Source: a virus. From it: a stretch of 64,000 nucleotides of DNA. The DNA lies in IMG/VR virus record IMGVR_UViG_3300000228_000006, positions 526-64,525 of that record; one strand, written 5' to 3'. This document shows positions 55,801 to 64,000 of the stretch, piece after piece; the first letter of the stretch is position 1, and every line of letters starts with the position of its first letter. The translations under genes and the position numbers were made by a program. The notes under the pieces are model-generated. The model was given only the letters and a program-made list of their open reading frames with translations, was not told where the DNA came from and did not search any database.

Positions 55801-57498
55801 ATGTTTCATTATACTAGTTCCTCCTAAATGCTTATTATATGTATCCAAGGCTGCCATAATTCTTTTCTTTAACTTTTCATCATTTTTTACAACTGGGTCC
55901 TTACCTAAACTTCATTTTAAGGCTATTGCTTTGTCTGTTAAATGACTGCCAGTTTCTCCTTCTCCTTGATTTTCTAAGTTAGCTTTTTCAATAGCATTTA
56001 AGTCATCTGTATAATCATATACTTCTCCTGTTGTTTCCGCTTTTGGAATTTTATCAAACGCTACATCATAGTTTATTGCCATATTAATTTCACTGCCATA
56101 CCCTTTTAATGTAAATTCTTGGCCATTAACTGAATATTTTCCATTTACTGGACTTACATCAAATGTTTTTCCACCATAAGTAACTTTTAATTGCTTAGAA
56201 TAACTCCTTCTGCCTAAAATGTCTGTGTTGTACTTACCATCTTTATCATCTGACCACCCCACAACTTTATACCCTTGTGGTAAATCAGTTAAAATTTCTC
56301 TACCTACATTACCTCAAGTCTTTTCAGGATTTTCAGCTAATAATGCTTTATATTGATCAGATGTATTATTTTTTGTATAAATAAAGCCGTGATTAGGATC
56401 ATTATACCAAGCTGTCCCATATTTAGGATCAAATTGATTTGATACATTAATACCTTGAAAATCATTCCCATTTTCATCAATTACTCTACGTTTACCTGAA
56501 GTAGTATGAATTAATACTTTAGCTCCTTTATTACGAATTAAAGTATTAATATCTTCATTTTGAAATTTATAATTTGGATTATATTCATACCCAGCCTTAG
56601 CTAATTCTTGTGCTTTTTCTGGTGAAGTTATCTGTGTTAATCCAGTATATGCATTATTAAGTTTTATAGTTAAATCTTCTGCTTTTTTAGTGTCTGCTTC
56701 TAATTTTAATTGTTCTGTAGTTTTAAGAAAATTTTCAGTACTAATCCCTAATTTATCAAAAATTCCTTGATAATCTGCTAATTTTGTAGCTCCAGTCGAT
56801 GCTTTAGTATTGAAATCATTCAAAGATTGCACTGCTAAATTATATTCTTTTTCATCATATTTATCAACTCCTTTATTAGCTTTATTAGTTTCATAATTAG
56901 TTTTATATGTTGTAAGTAAATTTTTTAAGTTATTTACATAGAATATATTTTTTTCTTCTTCTGTCATTCTATTAATAGCTTCACTTGTAACTTTTACATC
57001 ATTATTATATTGTGAAGTAAGAAAATCAGTGTATTTTGGCATAACTCTTTCATAGCCAGCAGGTGTAGTAGTTGGTGTAGTAGTTGGTGCAGTAGATATA
57101 ATACCCCTTAAATCAGCCATTGCAGATGATAATCCCCTATCTTGTCTCTCTGCTTTATTCTGTTCTTTAGTTCCAAATAAACTACCATGTGTATATCCTT
57201 GTAATCCAAGGAATCCTTTATCTAAAGATACTCCTTGATGTCCGCTTCAATCTTGCGATTTTAAATTTTCTGGTAATGCAGCCACATTAACAGTATATGT
57301 TCTATCTGGATTAAATTTAACAGCTTCCTCAAAATTTGGTAAATCTAATAAACTCTCGACTTGTTTATATTGATCATGGGATTTACGTTGGTCTTTTGAA
57401 GATAGTGTGTAAAATTTATCTCATAATTGTTTTTTTAATTCAGTTTTATCAGGAGTTGGGGTTGTACCTCCTTGTTGTAATTTTTTTATTTGAGACAT
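52801..57498 (-). CDS. Putative virion cargo protein F (1565 aa, 7 TGA) with Gly/Ala-rich hydrophobic segments
   Basis: Five track ORFs in one frame. ATG at 57498 (MSQIKKLQQGG). TM-like VASFIPVAGAIGA and FGFIGLSLIGLGG. Confidence 0.82.
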
Positions 57499-57529
57499 GT
57501 TATTATATTATATATTATAATGTAAACTC

Positions 57530-57661
57530 TTATATTTGTTTTAAAAATTCTCCACATATACTTTTAACTATAGCTTTAGACAGATTTAAATAATCAGGTG
57601 TCATTCTTTTAAATAATTTTTCTTTTGAATTTGTTATTTTGTATATTAGGTTATTATCCAT
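57530..57661 (-). CDS. Possible small protein (43 aa)
   Basis: MDNNLIYKIT...ICGEFLKQI* fills the intergenic gap. Confidence 0.35.
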   Translation of the reverse strand: MDNNLIYKITNSKEKLFKRMTPDYLNLSKAIVKSICGEFLKQI

Positions 57662-57675
57662 ACTATAAATACAAT

Positions 57676-57709
57676 TAAAGGAGGATTAAGTTTACCTATC
57701 CTCCTTTAA
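57676..57709 (-). terminator. Terminator-like hairpin
   Basis: TTAAAGGAGGAT...ATCCTCCTTTAA just downstream of the 57718-57993 gene. Confidence 0.6.
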
Positions 57710-57717
57710 TAATTTAG

Positions 57718-57993
57718 TTATTTTCTTCCTATCAAGATTAATCCTTTTCCTCCCATTTTACCACCACGTTTGTATACTGGAGGTCCTTGTGGTTGTACTG
57801 CTCCTACTTGTTGCGCTGCTCCTTCAAGCATTTGCATAATCATTTGTGCTAACATTGCAGCTCCTTCTGGACCTACTTGTTGAATAATCTGTTGTGCCAT
57901 TTGTGCAATTTGTTCTTCTGCACCACCACCTTGAGGCTGTCCTTGCTCTACTTGACCACCCTCTTGAAACTTTTTAATAAAATTTACTGTCAT
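57718..57993 (-). CDS. Small Gln/Gly/Met-rich putative capsid-interior cargo protein (91 aa)
   Basis: KKFQEGG at the N-terminus and YKRGGK at the C-terminus flank an amphipathic Q/M-rich core. Confidence 0.75.
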   Translation of the reverse strand: MTVNFIKKFQEGGQVEQGQPQGGGAEEQIAQMAQQIIQQVGPEGAAMLAQMIMQMLEGAAQQVGAVQPQGPPVYKRGGKMGGKGLILIGRK

Positions 57994-58050
57994 TTTTTGT
58001 TTTTGTTTAATTAATTAATATATGTATGTCCTCATATGCATTTAATCATC

Positions 58051-58626
58051 TTATTTCTTAGTTACGTATTCTGGGTCATTACTTTCTTGAGTGTCAAGAA
58101 ATTTAAAAACTCTTTTACCTAAATTTATATAATCATTATCTTTATCTGTAGCAGCTGCTTTTTTAGCAAACTTAATTAGTGTTTTTGAATTTGGTCTTGA
58201 GAATATTCTTTCACCACCTTCTAATTCCATTTGTGTTCCACCATCACTACCTAATATCTTCATTTTATTCTTAACTGTATGATTAGTTGAGAATTCTAAT
58301 TCATCCCCTGGCTTAATCCCAGAGGGTGTATTAACTTCTAAAACAAATGCAACATCAGTTTCTGTAATTGGTGTTTCATCTTGTGGAATTCCTTGCTTAA
58401 CCGATATAACCTCCATTTCTTCATTTATAAAAATGATGTCTAATGGTATTAAAGTACCCTTCATTCAAAATGAGCTTTCAGATTGTATTTCATTATAAAT
58501 AAATAACATTCCTCCATCATCTTTAAGTGATTCAACATTCATCAATCCATTTTCATGTTCTGTGTCTGTTTCTGCAACTTTAACTTTATATTCTTTATCA
58601 GCAATCTTTATATTTAGTTCTTTCAT
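58051..58626 (-). CDS. DUF192-family protein (191 aa, 1 TGA)
   Basis: GMLFIY...SF(W)MKGTLIPLDIIFI...VLEVN; the family Trp is the TGA at 58465. Confidence 0.85.
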
Positions 58627-58641
58627 TCTTATTATTTTATA

Positions 58642-58677
58642 CAAAGATAATAAAATTATTTTAATTAATAACTATAA
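58642..58677 (-). promoter_or_regulatory. Promoter TTATAGTT-N20-TATCTTTG (minus strand)
   Basis: AACTATAA at 58670-58677 and CAAAGATA at 58642-58649 on the + strand; 15 nt before the DUF192 ATG. Confidence 0.6.
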
Positions 58678-58723
58678 AAAATTAAAAAATTAAAATAACT
58701 TTATTATGATGAGTTTAAATGAG

Positions 58724-59281
58724 TTAGTTTACAAATTGTTTTAGTATATCTGTGATATCGTAATTTATAGAATCCCCTCGTTGTTTTTTAGTTAAAAAGG
58801 AAGATTTATTATTCTCATTTAACAATGGATTTTTAACACTGTTTAAATCATTGTAAGATCCAACTTTTCTAGGAGTTTCTAGCTTATTTACTAATGAATA
58901 AAATGCTGTAGTACTGTCATTATTATTTCTCATTAACTCATTATCAAAATCAGTTTTATGAATATCTATAAATTGCTTTGCTGGCACAGTTTGAGTACCT
59001 AATCTTTGAGTTGAGTACTTAATTAAATGCTTTGGCAAAGAAGTTGTAGATTCTTGTATTTTACGAATACTGTTATGTATTTCCCCAACTTTACTATCAA
59101 ATGCTAAATTAACAAAAGAGTCTTTGGTTATAGGATTTAGTTTAGTAATCTTATTAAATAAGACATCGTTAGATACAATAGCATTAACTGCGTTCTTATA
59201 CTCTGGAGTATATTGGCCTTTATTCAATCCTCAGAAATCTGTAGAAGCCCCCGTTTGGGCTTTTAAAATATATTTTTCCAT
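58724..59281 (-). CDS. Hypothetical putative virion protein (185 aa, 1 TGA)
   Basis: ATG at 59281 (MEKYILKAQTG); TGA at 59231. Confidence 0.7.
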
Positions 59282-59284
59282 AAT

Positions 59285-60523
59285 TTATATTGTTTGAATT
59301 AGTCCTGTATTATCAATTGTGTTTTCTAAAATTTCAAACACTAAAAGTTTACCTGCTTCTAATGCAGCTGTGTTATCTCCCTCTTTATACCTTTGATTTA
59401 AAGCCTCTAATTCTTTACTAACTTCTAAATGGAAAGTAATCTCATTTCTTTCAATTTCAGCATGTTGTTCAATTTTACCTCCCTCTTCAACTGTAATTAC
59501 AGGAATTCCTGTTGTAGTAATATCCTCAACTCCTTCAATATTATGTTTATGAGCATGTAAAGCACCTTCTGGTATCAAATTAAATTGACCACCACTAGCA
59601 AATAACGTTACATCATCACTAATAGTTTCTCCAGTATTTTCATCTAGAAGTATGAGGTTTTTGATGTGGTTAGCTTTAGCTTTAATATTCTTAAGTTGAA
59701 GTTTAGTACCTTTTTTAGCTAATAAACCCTTAGTTGGATCAAATCCTCCTAATTTATTTATATTAGAAATACTTTTTTGCTGTGCTAAATCTAAAGCTCC
59801 CATTTTTAACTGATCTTGTTGTTTACTAACTGCCTTAGCTAACCCTGCTTGCTGTATTACATTATTTTTAGCTGCTGCAAAATCCTTCATCTTCTTACTA
59901 TCAGTTCAGCCAAAGGCCTTGCCCATGACAGCATCACTTCCAGTTACTCCTCCATAACCACTTCCAATACCATCTAAATTAACTTGTCGTGTAGTTCCAG
60001 CTTTTTTACTCAATGCTCCTCCAACAATATTATTTACAGCTCCAAATGTTTCTAATGCTATTTGTATACCTTGACCTCAAGGCCCAAAATTACCTGCAAT
60101 ACTGCCTAAAGCAGAAGCTGCATTACTAGCAGTTGAGTCAGCAACAGTACCTCCTGAAGAAGATATAGCAGATTGAATTCCTTGAGATATTGCTGGAGAA
60201 AGAGCTGCAGCTATGTTTAAACCATTTGGTGCTTTAGCATCCGGATTTTCTGTTTTTGTAGCAGTTCCAGTAGCATCTGTCCCTTTCTTTCCTTTAGTAT
60301 AGTTCTTAGAATTACTTCCTAATAAAGAGTAATCAAATTTTATGGACTTGTAATCAAATCCCTGTGAATTATTCCCAAATCCCTGTGAATTGTAATCAAA
60401 TCCCTGTGAATTATTCCCAAATCCCTGTGAATTGTAATCAAGCTTCTGTGGATTGTAATCAAATCCTTGTGTATATGGAACAAGTTCTGTTTTTCTTGTT
60501 AATTCATTAAATTTTCATGGCAT
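59285..60523 (-). CDS. Putative cargo/pilot-like protein (412 aa, 3 TGA) with heptapeptide repeats and a Gly/Ala-rich segment
   Basis: ATG at 60523; TGA at 60515, 60077 and 59906; continuous with the track ORF. Confidence 0.75.
60331..60470 (-). repeat. 21-bp tandem repeat encoding alternating DYNSQGF/GNNSQGF
   Basis: Four exact alternating units plus degenerate flanking units. Confidence 0.9.
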
Positions 60524-60561
60524 AATTGTGAAAAGATTTTAATTTTTTATATTTCATGTTT

Positions 60562-63500
60562 TTAACTATAACTAATAGTAAATGTTGTTTTAATTCCTTG
60601 CACTATTGCAAGGTCTGTTCCAGAGTATTTAACTCTTACTTTAATGTATTTATCTCTAATTCTTGCCTCTTTTCCAGTAGTGAAACTTAAGATTCCATTA
60701 CTTAAATAAGCATACTTAAAGTTAATAGGCTTAATTTCAATATCTCAAGAATCTTCTAAATACTGCATATTACCTCTCATTCTACCATATTTTTTCAAAT
60801 CATTTCCAATTTGTTGAGTATGTACTTTATCTTCACTTAAAAGATTATCTGTTATAAGTTTAGTGTTTGCTGTATTCCATTCATAATTATTTTTTCCTAT
60901 TACATTCAAATCAGCAGGGCTTATATACCGCTCTCTTGGTAAGTATGGTAACTTTGGTATTTTATAAGAATCACTTACATTAAATAATTTTGGAAAATCT
61001 GAATAAGTACTCTTTAAATAGGCATATGTATTAGCTAAAACTGTTGTATATCCAGTGTCAATACTATTAAATGTATCATCCTTATGCTTATCACTAATTC
61101 AAACTATAATATCTTTATAATTAAATCAATCATAGCCTTCCCCAACTACTTCAAATTCAAATGAATTAGGTGCAGCTTTATTAGATATTAATTTAAGATT
61201 GTTATAAATTTTTTGAACTGCTGGATTTTCAGCTACAACAAATTCAAATTCAAATGGGTGTAAATCACCATATCAATTTGTTGGAAGAATCTTTCCTTGA
61301 TTTGAATATATACCAGATTGACCATGTTTTCATATTTTATTCCCAATTTTTTTATTAAAACTAAAAAATACATTGTTTATATTAGCAGAATAACTTGGTA
61401 GCCAAGAATAAAGTGTAATAAACTTTTTAAGGTTTTCATTATAACATAAATTCCATTCTTTATCCCCATTATAAAATGTAAACATAATATCTCCTTTAGA
61501 GGCATTATAATGTGTTTTTACATTTCTAGTACCAATTATTGGTAATTTATCTGATTCTTTTAAATCTATATTTTCATTTAAAAATCTTTGTACTTTTAAG
61601 TCAGATATAGTAACTAATGTTTGACCATCAGACATTCATATTTTTTTAGCTACAGTATCTACTCCGTATATACCAGTTTTAGTCTTAATAACTGATTCTT
61701 GTCAAGTACTCCCATATAAATCAGAAATTACCTTAGGATTTTCTGGGAGAACATTACTAGTATTAATATATATACTGCCACCAGCACCTTCTCCTGCTAT
61801 CGCTCTCTCATTAACTGGAATTAATAAACAACCATGTTCCATTGTGACGAAAAGATTGCCATATCATTCTTTCATGTCTACAATTGCTCCATATGTTTTT
61901 GTATAATCTCTATAATGTCCTGCATTAAATACCCTATATCCATTTTTAAATGCATCTGTGGGTGCTAAATCTGAATATAATATTCTATTGCCAAAGTAAT
62001 TTTTAATAAATGGAATGTCTGGAGTAATAAAATTAGAACGTTTAGATAAAGTTACATTAGCTGCACCATTAATTATATTGGAATCTGGCAGTTTTAAATC
62101 ATCTGACATTTTATTACCATATGGATAAAACTCTCTTTTATGTCCATGTATAGCTTCTTCTGTAGGATCAGAACTACCTAGATCTCTCATAGCTATATTA
62201 ATACTAGACATAACTTTAAATGTAACTCAATGTCCTAATGGAACAGCATTTACATCAGCTCTATTAATTTTATCACATCCTCTAACTGTATATGTTGTTG
62301 AGCCAAAAATATTCCCCAAACCTGTTCCAGCAGTATCATATCCAGCATCAGATGGCTCTATTATTTCATCAGTGCCATTTTTTTGTTTATATGTGATTAA
62401 TTGTCTATTATTTCCTGGTGCATCAGAATAGACTGCATAATTATTTTTCCATGTGTTTCGGTCAATTATTTTTGTATTTGTTGGTAAATCAGGATCAATA
62501 AAATTTCTATTCATTCTATGAGTAAAATTATTAATATAACAATCTCCTCTGTATGCAGTTACTATATTATCTATAGCAAGAATAGAATTAAAAGACATTC
62601 TATCAGTAATTGCCATGTAAGGCTCTGATGAATTCATCCTAATATCAAACATATTAGTACTATATATATCTGTTATATCAAAATCTTCTCCTCTTACATT
62701 AAATACAGTATTGAATGGCAATTCTACATTTAATCCTACATATGTGCCAAACTCTCCTCTTACTTGATACACGCTATTTTTTAAAACAGGGTGCATCCCT
62801 GATGCAACAGCATAATTTCATGGTGTTTTAACATTTACAGTCTCCCAAGCTTGTTCTGCATTTCCAGCCTTAGCTGAAAAATAATCACTTCCATTAGTAG
62901 TTAATGTTAAACCATCATTTACAAGAGTTAATAATGATTCTATTATTTCATTATTATTTAATGTTGAATATCTATCTATAATATAATGATCTGAGTTTTC
63001 TATCTTTTTAAATCCACTATTACTAACAGGCTGTTCAAATGCTTTAGTTAATTTATATTTAGTAGAGGTAAATAATTGATTAAATAATGAAGTTCTTAAT
63101 GACGCTTCCGGAATTATACTTGCTTTATTTTCCAAGTTTTCTAAATCATGTCCTTCTAATATCTTTGTTGTTTTCTTTAAATACCTACTGTCATCTAAAA
63201 AGTGTTGTGATACTCCTTTATCATAAGCTTTGATTATAGGTATATTACCATAATCATTTTTTGTTTTAGCAATACTTATACCTTGTGCATATATTGTTGG
63301 TATGCGTTCTTGTCGTACAATAAAAAACCCTTTTGTATATTTCTTTAATTCGGTTAATGTAGAGTCATCTTGGATTTTAAATTTTATGCCTAATGGCTTC
63401 ACACCATTATTAAAAATCACCTGACGTTTGTTTATTTTAATTACTCCTAGTGCATTTTCAAATGAATTAACTCCATTTGCTATATAACCCTCTTCTGTTG

Positions 63501-64000
63501 TGTTTATATAATTTCTATTAGTTGAGCCATTGGAAAAAACGGGTTGATTACTATATGCATCCGATTTATCAAAATTTAATCCTCGAATATTAAAGACAGA
63601 AGATAGTGTATAATCATTTAATATATAAACAATACCTAATCTATAGTACTCTTCTGGCCAATATCCCAATTTATAGTAAATATTAGTTGGATTATAATAT
63701 TCATATGACTTCCTGCCTGATTTATCTTCATATGTTCCATCTAAATTTCCAATAATATCTTCAGAAGATGTAATTTCTGGAATAAATCTTAATGATAAAT
63801 CTTTTAATTCAGTATATGGTATATTTGTTTTATTTACATTTCCAAAAAATAACATATCCTGACATTGAGTTTGAGCTTTCACTTTATCTACAACTTCATA
63901 ATTTAAATTTATTTCAGTTAAGTCAATGTGGGTATGATTCTCAAATCCATTAATAGTTATATTTATACTTGTATTATTAATAGGATACTTTTCTTCTATA
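60562..64000 (-). CDS. Large tail protein (crAss-type stabilization/muzzle-like), 5'-truncated, >1145 aa, 10 TGA
   Basis: One frame. PTN(W)YGDLHPFEFEFVV, I(W)KHG and RDKYIKVRVKYSG resemble crAss-like tail stabilization proteins (from memory, not searched). Confidence 0.7.

Noticed and set aside
57062-57095. 12-bp tandem repeat encoding PTTT
   Set aside because: Ordinary low-complexity linker.
60331-60470. CRISPR array
   Set aside because: Units are contiguous in-frame coding repeats with no unique spacers.
60536-60571. Fourth copy of the TTATAGTT promoter box (60564-60571, minus strand)
   Set aside because: No TAnnTTTG at the 20-nt spacing; the box coincides with the last codons of the tail gene.
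25092-64000. Minus-strand region as decayed pseudogenes or sequencing errors
   Set aside because: Fragments stay in one frame per gene, every internal stop is TGA, and no frameshift or internal TAA/TAG was found in the gaps I read.
1-64000. tRNA (including a TGA suppressor), rRNA, DNA polymerase, capsid, terminase or portal genes
   Set aside because: None recognised by eye in this window; tRNAscan-SE or ARAGORN on the full genome is needed.

Overview
AT-rich fragment of a crAss-like (Crassvirales-type) phage of a Bacteroidota host, inferred from gene content and TAnnTTTG promoters. The + strand (1-25047) carries the replication and nucleotide-metabolism block: SF2 helicase, DnaB, AAA_24-like ATPase, primase, PD-(D/E)XK nucleases, an AAA ATPase split by a group I intron, metallophosphoesterase, class II RNR with a mini-intein, Dda-like helicase, dUTPase, DNA ligase and a GH19 lysin. 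The - strand (25092-64000) is a virion/late cassette. The ORF track shatters it because TGA is read as Trp. Reading through TGA merges the fragments into a few giant genes (1542, 1121, 2924, 3008 and 1565 aa, plus a >1145 aa tail gene), including the virion RNA polymerase (GSDFDIDK). Highlights: (1) the four consecutive giant cargo proteins are almost Cys-free except for Cys at facing C- and N-termini of each junction, suggesting head-to-tail chaining; (2) only three + strand genes contain TGA, and all three are potentially toxic (a nuclease, the intron homing endonuclease and the lysin); (3) a distinct promoter class, TTATRGTT-N20-TAnnTTTG, precedes three TGA-containing genes. Product names come from manual motif recognition; no database searches were run.
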